DNA of 64,000 nucleotides from an uncultured Bacteroidota bacterium (GTDB taxonomy: Bacteria > Bacteroidota > Bacteroidia > Bacteroidales > F082): assembly GCA_903957365.1 (NCBI GenBank), contig CAJBPB010000286.1, positions 8,046 to 72,045 of the forward strand, read 5' to 3'. Position 1 is the first letter of the stretch; every line of letters begins with the position of its first letter. Below the pieces are notes generated by a model that saw nothing but the letters and a program-made list of their open reading frames with translations, was not told where the DNA came from and ran no database searches. Shown here piece by piece: positions 49,824 to 59,399 of the stretch. The translations under genes and the position numbers were made by a program.

Positions 49824-52322
49824 ATGACTTCCGATAACCGTACTACACTTTTCGTTGATATAATCGTTCCAATACCTGTAAAAGGCGCTTTCACTTACAG
49901 GGTTCCTTTCACCATGAATGTAGAAGTGGCGGTTGGAAAAAGGGCCATTGTTCAGTTTGGAAGTAAAAAAGTTTATGCCGGAATAATCTACCGCGTGCAT
50001 CAGATTGTCCCGGCTAATTATATTCCAAAATATATTATCGGGATTCTGGACGAAGACCCTATCATGAAAACCAGTCAGTTCCGCTTCTGGGAATGGATGC
50101 ATGAATATTATCTCTGTCATCTGGGAGAAGTGATGCAGGCTGCCTTACCAACTGTTTTTAAATTAAATTCGGAGTCCAGAATTGTACTTGCGGATGGTTT
50201 CTCATTGGATAAAGAACTTTTGAATGAGAATGAATTCTTAATTACTGAAGCCTTAACTATTCAATCAAAATTAAGTCTGGCCGAAGTAAGCGCGATCGTT
50301 GGATTCCAGAAGGTGATGCCACTGATAAAAACCATGGTTGAGAAAAAAATCGTGGTGATGGAAGAGGAACTGAACGAGAAATTTTCTCCCAAGATTGAAC
50401 GGTATATGCGTCTTTCCGATAAATTCAAGGAAGATGATGTCATGCGCACATTGATGGATGATTTGGGTAAAAGGGCTTTCAAACAACTTGAAATTGTACT
50501 CGCTTTTTTGTCTTATACCCGGATCGAAACAAATGAAAAGGACGAAGTTGAAGTCAAAATCATACTCGAAAAATCAAAAGCCAGCAGCGGACAACTGAAA
50601 AGCCTCAGTGATAAAGGCGTTTTTGACGTTTTCGATAAAGTAGTGAGTCGTCTGGCCACTTTTGATTCTCCAAAAGATCCCTCAAGCATTCAATTGACAG
50701 ATTCACAGCTAATTGCCTTTGATCAGATCAAAACATTTTTTGAACAAAAAAACGTAGTGCTGTTGCATGGTGTTACCTCCAGCGGAAAAACTGAGTTGTA
50801 TATCAAGCTTATTCAGGAAGCAATTGAAAAGAAACACCAGGTGTTGTTTCTTCTTCCCGAAATTGCACTCACAACACAGATAATTAATCGGTTACGCAAG
50901 TATTTTGGTAGTAAAATTGGTGTTTATCATTCGAGATACAATGTACACGAAAGAGGTGAGATCTGGAACAAGGTTTTATCATTCGACGAATCGAAAACAA
51001 ATGATTATCAAATAATTATAGGGCCACGGTCAGCACTTTTCCTCCCGTACAGTAAATTAGGGTTGATCATTGTTGATGAGGAACACGACAGTTCATTCAA
51101 ACAATATGATCCCGCGCCACGTTACAATGCCCGCGATGCAGCGATCATTCTGGCAGGTCAGAGCAATGCAAAAGTATTACTTGGTTCAGCAACACCTTCC
51201 TACGAGAGTTTCTTCAATGCAAATACACAGAAATTTGGATTGGTCACGCTTAATGAACGTTACGGCGGTATAAAACTTCCAGATATTCAGATTGTGAATG
51301 TCCGTGAGGAAACCAGACGAAAGACTATGCAATCGCATTTTTCAAAAACACTGATCGATGCCGTTAAGACTGCCTTGAAAGAAAAGGAGCAAGTGATTCT
51401 ATTTCAAAACAGGCGTGGTTTTTCACTTAGAATTGAATGTGACAAATGCAACTGGATTCCAGGTTGTAAAAATTGTGATGTAAGCCTGATCTATCACAAG
51501 AAACAAAATATGCTTCGTTGTCATTATTGTGGTTATGCCATGGCGGTCCCTTCTGAATGTCCTGATTGCCATAGCACTTCGATTCACATGCACGGTTTTG
51601 GCACTGAAAAAGTGGAAGAAGAACTGGGATTAATTCTCCCCGAAGCAAAAATCGCACGGCTCGATCTTGATACTACACGAAGCAAACATGCTTTTCAGCA
51701 AATCATTGAAGATTTTGAGAATGGAAAAACCAATGTTCTGGTAGGAACTCAAATGGTAACTAAAGGTCTCGATTTTGAGAAAGTGCGTATTGTAGGTATT
51801 CTGAATGCCGATAATATGCTCTCCTATCCTGATTTCAGGGCCTTCGAAAACAGTTACCAACTCATGGCACAGGTGAGTGGTCGCGCGGGAAGAAAAGGCA
51901 AACAAGGTATTGTGATGATTCAGACCTACCAACCATCGCACCAGATTTTACAGAATGTCGTTGGAAATCAATATGAATTGCTTTTTAACAGACAAATGGA
52001 AATCAGGAAACAATTCAGATACCCTCCTTATTACCGGTTGATTTTACTTAAACTGAAACACCGTGACAAAACACTGCTCGATCAGGCCGCTTCAGAATTG
52101 GCTATTCAATTAAAAAAACTGTTTCATAATGATGTCCTCGGACCGGAATACCCTTCTGTTCAAAGAATCAAAACATTATATATCAAACATATACTTATTA
52201 AATTTGACCGAAAATACCAATCATCCAAGGTAAAAGAGTTGTTAAAAGAAAATATACACGAATTTGAATTAATCACACGTTTTAAAACAGTTATGATTCA
52301 TATTGATGTTGATCCTCAATGA
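49824..52322 (+). CDS. priA: primosomal protein N' (replication restart helicase)
   Basis: 832 aa. Walker A GVTSSGKTE, DEEHD, and Cys-rich zinc region CDKCNWIPGCKNCDVSLIYH...CHYCGY...CPDC. Confidence 0.95.
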   Translation: MTSDNRTTLFVDIIVPIPVKGAFTYRVPFTMNVEVAVGKRAIVQFGSKKVYAGIIYRVHQIVPANYIPKYIIGILDEDPIMKTSQFRFWEWMHEYYLCHLGEVMQAALPTVFKLNSESRIVLADGFSLDKELLNENEFLITEALTIQSKLSLAEVSAIVGFQKVMPLIKTMVEKKIVVMEEELNEKFSPKIERYMRLSDKFKEDDVMRTLMDDLGKRAFKQLEIVLAFLSYTRIETNEKDEVEVKIILEKSKASSGQLKSLSDKGVFDVFDKVVSRLATFDSPKDPSSIQLTDSQLIAFDQIKTFFEQKNVVLLHGVTSSGKTELYIKLIQEAIEKKHQVLFLLPEIALTTQIINRLRKYFGSKIGVYHSRYNVHERGEIWNKVLSFDESKTNDYQIIIGPRSALFLPYSKLGLIIVDEEHDSSFKQYDPAPRYNARDAAIILAGQSNAKVLLGSATPSYESFFNANTQKFGLVTLNERYGGIKLPDIQIVNVREETRRKTMQSHFSKTLIDAVKTALKEKEQVILFQNRRGFSLRIECDKCNWIPGCKNCDVSLIYHKKQNMLRCHYCGYAMAVPSECPDCHSTSIHMHGFGTEKVEEELGLILPEAKIARLDLDTTRSKHAFQQIIEDFENGKTNVLVGTQMVTKGLDFEKVRIVGILNADNMLSYPDFRAFENSYQLMAQVSGRAGRKGKQGIVMIQTYQPSHQILQNVVGNQYELLFNRQMEIRKQFRYPPYYRLILLKLKHRDKTLLDQAASELAIQLKKLFHNDVLGPEYPSVQRIKTLYIKHILIKFDRKYQSSKVKELLKENIHEFELITRFKTVMIHIDVDPQ

Positions 52323-52392
52323 CATAATCTGCTGAAATTCAAAAAACAAACATAGTCTGTAAAAAAATATCCGTATTAAAAAGTACACCTGT

Positions 52393-54843
52393 ATGAACCG
52401 TTTACTCCCAATTTTCATTTTTTCAATACTATTTATTTTGGTTTTTTCAAACCAGAGTTTTGCCAATCCCGTGTCGCCAGAAGATACTGACACCGGTGTC
52501 AGGGGAAAAGTTGTAGATAAAACCACAAAAAGCGCGCTCGAATATGCTACAATCATGGTTTACAAACTACCTGATTCCGTTTTTGTTATAGGTGGAATTA
52601 CCGGAAAAGACGGACAATTTGATCTGAAATTAAAACCAGGCAAATACTATCTCAGCATTCAGTTTTTAGGTTACGGGACTGTTCAATCTGGAAATATTCA
52701 GGTCGAAAAAGGGATTAAAACAACTGAATTGGGATCGTTCTTCATTGAGCCTGATCAACAATTACTCGACCAGGTTGAAGTGGTTGCTGAAAAGAGTACC
52801 ATGGAAATGACACTCGATAAAAAAGTGTATAACATCGGCAAGGATATCAGTTCAACCTCTGGCAACGCAACTGAAGTTTTGGAAAACATTCCTTCAGTAA
52901 CAGTCGATATCGATGGTAACGTAAGTTTGCGTGGTGACGATGGTGTCAGGATTCTGATCGACGGGAAAGTTTCCGGAATGGCCGGGATCAATAGCCGCGA
53001 TGCCTTGCGCAGTTTGCAGGCTGACATGATTGAGCGTATTGAAGTGGTGACCAATCCGTCAGTTCGCTATGATGCTGAAGGAACCTCAGGGATCATTAAT
53101 ATTGTATTGAAAAAAGACAGTAAACAAGGATTCAACGGCTCAGTGGATGCGACAATTGGTTATCCGCAGCAATATGGATTTGGAATAAACACAAATTACA
53201 GGTTCAAAAAATTCAACTTTTTTGCCAATTACGCATACAATTACCGCGAAAGAAAGGGTTCTGGCGAATTGTATAAAGAAATTTACAATGAAGGCACCTA
53301 TGTTACCAACCAGAATAGTACAAGAAACAGAAGCAGTTCAGGAAATACAATCCGGTTTGGAACAGAATATTATTTTAACGCAAGTTCCAGTATATCAGGA
53401 AGTTTAATGTACAGATTGTCTCATGACAAAAACATTTCAACCATTACCTATTACGATTATGCTCCTAACAATGACCTTTTGAATCACAGCGAAAGGATAG
53501 AAAATGAACTCGAAGATGATCCTAACCTTGAATACGCTTTGAATTATAAGAAGCAATTCAAACGCAAAGATCAGTCATTGACTGCCAGTTTACAATATTT
53601 CAATAACAATGAAACGGAAAACGGCACAATCACCGAAAACTATTTTGCACCAAACCCAAATGACCTGGTGTCAGGCTATCAAAAAAGCATAAACGATCAA
53701 TTTGAATCTAATTTGCAGGCCCAAGCAGATTATTACCATCCATTTCAAGGCAAAGCCAGACTTGAAGGCGGTTTCAAGCTCCAGGTCCGGCAGATTGACA
53801 ATAATTATGAAGTGAGTGAAAAAGATTCGACAGGTAATTTTGTGAACCTTGCTCAGTTCACAAATCACTTTAACTACGACGAATCAATTTATGCCGCTTA
53901 CCTTCTTTACGGGGATGACCGTGGCAGATTTTCATACCAGTTTGGACTTAGGGGTGAATATTCAGAAATCCAGACAAACCTTCAGGAAACCAATGAAAAA
54001 TCAGACAAATCATTTTTTGATATGTTTCCAAGCGCTCATTTTACCTTTAAAATCACCGAAGCAGATCATATTCAGATTAGTTATAGCCGCCGCATCCGCC
54101 GGCCTGAATTTATGCAGTTAAACCCTTTCCATTCTTATTCTGACAACCGTAACATCTGGACTGGTAATCCTGAATTGAAACCGGTATATACAGATGCTTA
54201 CGAACTAGGGTACATCCGTTATTGGGAAAAGGCCAATCTCAATTTCAATACGTACTACAGAAAAAGCAAGGATGTTTTTCAACGTATTGAAACCATTGAC
54301 AGCAGTGGCATCACCTACATAAGACCTGAAAATTTCGCCAGAAGCGATGCCTACGGCGCTGAATTAATCGGTTCATTTACAGGAATAAAAAAGCTTAATC
54401 TTAATGGAAACCTAAATTTCTTCCGAACCATTACCGATGGTGATCTGGGTGATAAATCGTATCATACAGATAGTTACAGCTGGACCGGACGAATCAATAG
54501 TAAATATACCATTGCGAAAGGCACTGATCTGCAACTGACTGCTAACTATCAGGCATCCATTGCAACAGCACAGGGCAATCGATTACCCATGTGGTTTCTT
54601 GATTTTGGCGCGAGCAAAGATATTATCAAAGGAAAGGGAACATTGACATTGAATGTGCGTGACATTTTCGGATCACGAAGACATGCTTTTGAAACCAATG
54701 GGGATAATTTTTACTCCAGAACCGATCAACGCTGGGGTTCAACTGTTGTTTCGCTGAATTTCAATTACAGGATCAACCAAACCAAAAAGAAAAACCCTGA
54801 TCGTCAGCAAGGTGGTGGTGAAGAAGGCGGAATGGAGTTCTAA
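52393..54843 (+). CDS. TonB-dependent outer-membrane receptor (CarboxypepD_reg + plug + beta-barrel)
   Basis: 816 aa. Signal peptide, VRGKVVDKTTKSALEYATI (carboxypeptidase-regulatory-like), plug region with VEVVTNPSVRYDAEG, C-terminal Phe. Confidence 0.88.
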   Translation: MNRLLPIFIFSILFILVFSNQSFANPVSPEDTDTGVRGKVVDKTTKSALEYATIMVYKLPDSVFVIGGITGKDGQFDLKLKPGKYYLSIQFLGYGTVQSGNIQVEKGIKTTELGSFFIEPDQQLLDQVEVVAEKSTMEMTLDKKVYNIGKDISSTSGNATEVLENIPSVTVDIDGNVSLRGDDGVRILIDGKVSGMAGINSRDALRSLQADMIERIEVVTNPSVRYDAEGTSGIINIVLKKDSKQGFNGSVDATIGYPQQYGFGINTNYRFKKFNFFANYAYNYRERKGSGELYKEIYNEGTYVTNQNSTRNRSSSGNTIRFGTEYYFNASSSISGSLMYRLSHDKNISTITYYDYAPNNDLLNHSERIENELEDDPNLEYALNYKKQFKRKDQSLTASLQYFNNNETENGTITENYFAPNPNDLVSGYQKSINDQFESNLQAQADYYHPFQGKARLEGGFKLQVRQIDNNYEVSEKDSTGNFVNLAQFTNHFNYDESIYAAYLLYGDDRGRFSYQFGLRGEYSEIQTNLQETNEKSDKSFFDMFPSAHFTFKITEADHIQISYSRRIRRPEFMQLNPFHSYSDNRNIWTGNPELKPVYTDAYELGYIRYWEKANLNFNTYYRKSKDVFQRIETIDSSGITYIRPENFARSDAYGAELIGSFTGIKKLNLNGNLNFFRTITDGDLGDKSYHTDSYSWTGRINSKYTIAKGTDLQLTANYQASIATAQGNRLPMWFLDFGASKDIIKGKGTLTLNVRDIFGSRRHAFETNGDNFYSRTDQRWGSTVVSLNFNYRINQTKKKNPDRQQGGGEEGGMEF

Positions 54844-55028
54844 AAAAAAGTTCGGAGTTCGGAGTGAGCTAAAGTGCGGAGTTCAAAAAAAGTGCGGAGT
54901 TCAAAAAAAAGTTCGGAGTTCGGAGTGAGCTAAAGTTCGGAGTTCAAAAAAAAGTTCGGAGTTAAAAAACGATAATTCAAATTAACTTTAGTTCACTTTA
55001 GCTCACTTTAGTTCACTTTAGCTCACTT
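54842..55028 (+). repeat. composite intergenic repeat, second member of the GGAGTTCGGAGT / ACTTTAGYTC family
   Basis: A ~60-bp unit (A8-GTTCGGAGTTCGGAGTGAGCTAAAGTKCGGAGTTC-A7/8-GTKCGGAGTT) is present twice (54842-54902, 54903-54963). After an AT spacer come four tandem 10-mers alternating ACTTTAGTTC and ACTTTAGCTC (54985-55024, plus a partial unit). GAGTGAGCTAAAGT (54862-75, 54923-36) is complementary to ACTTTAGCTCACTT (54995-55008, 55015-28). Confidence 0.9.
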
Positions 55029-55033
55029 CTTGT

Positions 55034-55324
55034 TTACTCATTCACAATAAGATAAATAATCTCATTATCGCGTTTCATGAGATACTTTTCACGTGCAATA
55101 CGTTCAAGTAACAAGGTATCACTTTCGAGAGCAGCACTGAGTTTGTAATTGTTTTTTATCTCAGTAAGGTAGTATTTTTTTTGATTGAGCAAATTTAAGT
55201 ATCTGGCTTTCAGATCGTATTGCTTTGAAATTTTATTCTCGTCAAAAAAGAACATCCACACCAGAAATACCAATATTGTGTACAAATATTTGTGGTTGAC
55301 GAAGTGACGAAAGATGGATTTCAT
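55034..55324 (-). CDS. septum formation initiator (FtsB/DivIC-like) protein
   Basis: 96 aa with an N-terminal TM and then a coiled coil. The C-terminal IAREKYLMKRDNEIIY motif is typical of the family. Confidence 0.8.
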   Translation of the reverse strand: MKSIFRHFVNHKYLYTILVFLVWMFFFDENKISKQYDLKARYLNLLNQKKYYLTEIKNNYKLSAALESDTLLLERIAREKYLMKRDNEIIYLIVNE

Positions 55325-55510
55325 TTCAACATAATTTTTTACAAAGATAGGTCTGATGAATTGAACAATAATGCACTTCCTGAAATATTATCCCCAACAG
55401 ATTGTTAATTAATGTCAGCAATGCATTTTGGCAAGAATCAATCCTTACATTTCAAATAAGAAATTAAACCACATTGGCATAAAACTTAACATAGCAGCCT
55501 GATTAGAATC

Positions 55511-56452
55511 TCAATGCACATCAATGCCGTTGAGCATAAAAACCAGGTGGCGTAAGGTTTTCAGGATTTCTCCCATATATTCTTTGATGGCTTTCACACT
55601 TCCTGGAAGCACATAAACAAAAGTTTCGCCCATCAATCCGGCAACTCCCCTACTCAACAAAGCATTGGGTTTTTCAACACCAAATTTCAAACGGATTGCC
55701 TCCATGATTCCAGGTATTTCCTTATTGACAAATAATCTGGCTACCTCAGGTGTATTGTCACGTGGACCAATTCCGGTTCCACCAGTGGTAAACAGCATAT
55801 CATATTTTTCCGTTCCGGCTATTGTAAACAAAGCTTTCAATTTGTCTGGATCATCAGAAATCAAACGATAGTCAATTTCACAAAGCCAGCGATTTTCCGC
55901 AAAAAAGGATTCCAGATTTCTGATTATCTCTGGTCCGCTCAAATCTTCATATTCACCCCGACTGGCGCGATCAGACAAGGTAACAACCATAACCCTGAAT
56001 TTTTTTCGTTCAAGCAAAATCTCATCACCTGCTTTTACCTCTCCCTGTTTGATTACACGGGCAAAAATCCCTTCTTTGGGCATCACACAGTTGCCCACTT
56101 CATTATAAATGGCGCAACCCGAACCATGACATTTTTTTCCGATCTGAGTAACCTCAAGTTCTGTTTCCCCAATACTCAATTTATCAAGTGGAGCCAGCTC
56201 ATACAAAACAATACCTTCAGTTGATATATTTTCAGCAAACTCTCCAAATGCGACCTCCCTGTTTGCTTGTCCGGTGAACTTCTGAATACTTTCAATACCC
56301 AGCAAACTAACCTGACGATGCCATGAACCGGCATGTGCATCCTTTATTACACCCAACTCATTGAGGTGAATGTATGAAACAGGCTTCTTGATGGTACCTT
56401 TCTTTTCAGAGATATTTACCGAAAGAACCTTAACTGGTATTGGAGAACTCAT
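55511..56452 (-). CDS. MOSC domain fused to MogA/MoaB-type molybdopterin-binding domain
   Basis: 313 aa. N-terminal MOSC-like beta-barrel (VKDAHAGSWHRQVSLLGIESI). C-terminal MogA-like (VVTLSDRASRGEYEDLSGP...LFTTGGTGIGPRDNTPE...PGSVKA). Confidence 0.85.
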   Translation of the reverse strand: MSSPIPVKVLSVNISEKKGTIKKPVSYIHLNELGVIKDAHAGSWHRQVSLLGIESIQKFTGQANREVAFGEFAENISTEGIVLYELAPLDKLSIGETELEVTQIGKKCHGSGCAIYNEVGNCVMPKEGIFARVIKQGEVKAGDEILLERKKFRVMVVTLSDRASRGEYEDLSGPEIIRNLESFFAENRWLCEIDYRLISDDPDKLKALFTIAGTEKYDMLFTTGGTGIGPRDNTPEVARLFVNKEIPGIMEAIRLKFGVEKPNALLSRGVAGLMGETFVYVLPGSVKAIKEYMGEILKTLRHLVFMLNGIDVH

Positions 56453-56544
56453 AGAATAATTTTTGCGAAATTAGAAAAAAAACCGGTCAATAATGGTGAT
56501 ATTTCTGAACCTAATTTAAACCAGGTATTTGAATTGCACACCAA

Positions 56545-56598
56545 GAATCAACTTATAAACCTATAAACTTATCAACTTATAAACCTATCAACCTATTG
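56545..56598 (-). repeat. tandem 8-mer array, 6.5 copies of YTATMAAC (plus strand)
   Basis: GAATCAAC TTATAAAC CTATAAAC TTATCAAC TTATAAAC CTATCAAC CTATTG. It overlaps the last two codons and stop of the TPR gene and fills the 3' flank toward the MOSC-MogA gene. Confidence 0.9.
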
Positions 56599-58596
56599 TT
56601 TCCCGCAATATTTCCTAATCACAGCATACGATTCGTTGATTCCCAATTCACCCGCTTTACTCAGATCGGTGCACGCCAGTCCGGTTTCACTTAAAAACAA
56701 CAAGGTCAATGCCCTGTTGTAATAGGCTTCCGCGAGCAAGGGTTCAAGCCGGATTGCTTCTGAATAATCATCGATCGACCGGTGAAATTCTTTCTGGTGA
56801 AGCAATACATTGGCCCGGTTATAATAAGCAAACGCATTGTTTGGTGATGCTTTGATCAAATTATTCATTTCTGCAAGAACCTTGCTGTAATCTGGTTCAT
56901 TTATTTCATCAACTGCCTGACCAATAGACATATTCTGACGTGAAATGGTGATAGCGCTGTTGTACTGGACATCCGAAAGCACCAGTTCCTCAAGGTCATA
57001 GCGCAAGGCGGCCCGGTTGAAAAGCGCAACCTTTCCAATTTCCGGATTGGAGACCAGGCTTCCGTAAATTGCATCAGCATTACGGTAGTTTCCAATGATC
57101 TGTTGAGAAACAGCGCCATACAACTTGGCCAAAACAAGCTGATTTTGCAAAACAGCATTCGAATCCATCTTCTGCAAAACATTTGCAATCAATCCGTTTA
57201 AACTATCCGATAAATAACTATTCAGCACATATCCCATCTCTTCTCCTGATGCAATCAATTGATTTATGGGCATCAGACTATAGTCGATATAAATTCCTTT
57301 CCGGTTTGCCTGCTCCTGCACTTTTTTCCGGGGAAACGATGTAGAGACAATAAAATTGGGAAATGGCTGAATGTCAACATCCTGAAACTGAATACGATTA
57401 CTTTTCACGTTGCCGCTGACAAAATCAGATTCAAGTTCAATGATCTTATTAAAGAAAGAAGAATCAGCATACATGGCAAAAACCGAATCCGGATTACCGG
57501 TGTTGTTGTTAACAGCACCGATAATTGACATGGCTTTCTGATAATCGGCGTAAGAGCCTTTTGAATCGCCCCGCTCTTTTTTGATGATGGAACGATTTAC
57601 CCACGCACCTGCAAAATCGGGGAACAAACCAATTGCGGCCGAAAAATCATCCTCTGCTTCCGGGAACTTTTTCATCTGAAAATTTACCACGCCACGGTTG
57701 AAATAGGCATACACATTTTGCGGATTAATCTTTACAACTTCATCATACAAAACCTTTGCCTGCTCGAGTTCTCCGCGCAAACTGTAAATCAGTGCGCGGT
57801 TGTAATAGGTAAGTGCATTGCGCTGATCCAGAATATTAACCCTTTCATAATCGTCTAATGCCTTCAGCGTATCGCCCATTTTAAGATGAACGAGTGCCCT
57901 CTGGAAATAGACCAACGGATTTTTATCATCCAGAATGAGGGCCTGATTAAAATCGCTCATCGCACCAGTCGAATCGTTCAGCTCATAGCGAATCATCCCC
58001 CTACGAATCCATGCATCCGAGTCAAAATAATCATAATAAACTGCCTTATTCATGTCTTCGAGCGCCAGTTCCGGCTTTTCGAGAAATCGTTTTGCCAGAC
58101 CACGGTTCAGGTAGGCATACGACATGGTCGGATCAATCATTAATGCCAGATTATAATCTTCAATTGCACTTTCGAACCGGTTCAGATGCATTTTGGTTGC
58201 ACCGCTTGCAACGTGTAAATCAGCATTATACGGATCTATCTCGAGTGCTTTATTAAAATCTGCCAGCGCATTGTGGTAATTCGAAATCCGGTCGTTGGCT
58301 ATCCCACGATAATGGTATGCTCTTGTATAAAGCGGATGAATCCGAAGGGTTGTGGTAAAATCCTCGATCGCTCCCTGAAAATCACCCAGGCTGAATTTTG
58401 CGACGCCACGCAAAAAATAAGCCTCAAAATGATCGGGCTGACTATAAATAGCGGTATTAAAATTGCGGATAGCATCCACAAATCTATCTTCAGAAAGGTC
58501 AATTCGTCCGGCAAGAACGAAATGCCGGGTGTTTACCTGAGCAGAAACTGAGCAAACTAAAACCAGAAAAAAAAGTACCAGCGATATCTTTTTCAT
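56593..58596 (-). CDS. secreted tetratricopeptide-repeat (TPR) protein
   Basis: 667 aa. Signal peptide, then many 34-aa A/Y/F-N-R-G-x-A repeats in the N-terminal ~350 aa and again at the C-terminus. Confidence 0.85.
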   Translation of the reverse strand: MKKISLVLFFLVLVCSVSAQVNTRHFVLAGRIDLSEDRFVDAIRNFNTAIYSQPDHFEAYFLRGVAKFSLGDFQGAIEDFTTTLRIHPLYTRAYHYRGIANDRISNYHNALADFNKALEIDPYNADLHVASGATKMHLNRFESAIEDYNLALMIDPTMSYAYLNRGLAKRFLEKPELALEDMNKAVYYDYFDSDAWIRRGMIRYELNDSTGAMSDFNQALILDDKNPLVYFQRALVHLKMGDTLKALDDYERVNILDQRNALTYYNRALIYSLRGELEQAKVLYDEVVKINPQNVYAYFNRGVVNFQMKKFPEAEDDFSAAIGLFPDFAGAWVNRSIIKKERGDSKGSYADYQKAMSIIGAVNNNTGNPDSVFAMYADSSFFNKIIELESDFVSGNVKSNRIQFQDVDIQPFPNFIVSTSFPRKKVQEQANRKGIYIDYSLMPINQLIASGEEMGYVLNSYLSDSLNGLIANVLQKMDSNAVLQNQLVLAKLYGAVSQQIIGNYRNADAIYGSLVSNPEIGKVALFNRAALRYDLEELVLSDVQYNSAITISRQNMSIGQAVDEINEPDYSKVLAEMNNLIKASPNNAFAYYNRANVLLHQKEFHRSIDDYSEAIRLEPLLAEAYYNRALTLLFLSETGLACTDLSKAGELGINESYAVIRKYCGKQ

Positions 58597-58610
58597 ACAT
58601 TGACCGTCAG

Positions 58611-59060
58611 TTACGCAATTTCTGTTTTTGTTTTACTGACCAACCGTACACCACTGATTTCCATTTGCTTATCAACAGCTTTACACATATCATACACAGT
58701 CAGAAGTGCAAGCTGCACCGCTGTCAGGGCTTCCATTTCGACACCGGTCGCCCCTATACATTTCACTTCAGAAACCACCTCAACACCTTCGTGAACCAGA
58801 CTTGTTTTCACCGAAACACTGCTTAGTTGCAAGGGATGACAAAGCGGAATCAATTGTGATGTTTGTTTGGCAGCCTGAATTCCGGCAATTTCGGCGACAG
58901 TGAGCACATCTCCCTTTTTGATTAGGTTCTCTTCTATCAGCCTGATCGTTTCGGCTTGTAAACGGATAAAACCAATCGCCCTGGCAACCCGCACCAGCGG
59001 AGGTTTCGAACTTACGTCAACCATGACGGCTTTTCCTTCTGAATCGATATGTGTCAGCAT
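58611..59060 (-). CDS. moaC: cyclic pyranopterin monophosphate synthase
   Basis: 149 aa. MVDVSSK, LIPLCHPL and GVEMEALTAV motifs. Confidence 0.95.
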   Translation of the reverse strand: MLTHIDSEGKAVMVDVSSKPPLVRVARAIGFIRLQAETIRLIEENLIKKGDVLTVAEIAGIQAAKQTSQLIPLCHPLQLSSVSVKTSLVHEGVEVVSEVKCIGATGVEMEALTAVQLALLTVYDMCKAVDKQMEISGVRLVSKTKTEIA

Positions 59061-59068
59061 TTTTATTG

Positions 59069-59089
59069 AGTGAATAGTGAATAGTGAAA
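59069..59089 (-). repeat. three tandem 7-mers (AGTGAAT AGTGAAT AGTGAAA on plus; ATTCACT on minus) just upstream of the moaC start
   Basis: Read directly. On the moaC strand this is TTTCACTATTCACTATTCACT, ending 8 nt before the ATG. Confidence 0.8.
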
Positions 59090-59399
59090 ATTCTAATTAC
59101 AAAGATATGTTTTAGGTGCTTATGCGACCATGAAGCGGTGTTAAAAATACGTAATGAATACTGCAAACCAAATCCACGGATTTGTTTAGATTCAAACCCT
59201 TGCTAAACCTACATTTTCCAATATTCTCTTCAGCCAATGTCCTATACTTATCACAAAACAAATAACTTTGTAACAATTAGTTTAGTCTTTCATCACAACC
59301 CAACAATTTAGTATTTTCAGCCTACAAAATAATTTGCACAATATAATTACACCATCCAAAGTTTAACATAAAATTCAGGGTTGAATTGACAACAAAAAT

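Noticed and set aside
59061-59399. Possible Moco riboswitch upstream of moaC (I also checked 62575-62683 upstream of moeA).
   Set aside because: I saw no long GC-containing multi-stem structure or conserved Moco-motif segments. The regions are AT-rich, and the only structure is a weak 5-6-bp hairpin (AAATCC..GGATTT). This is not verified by a covariance model.
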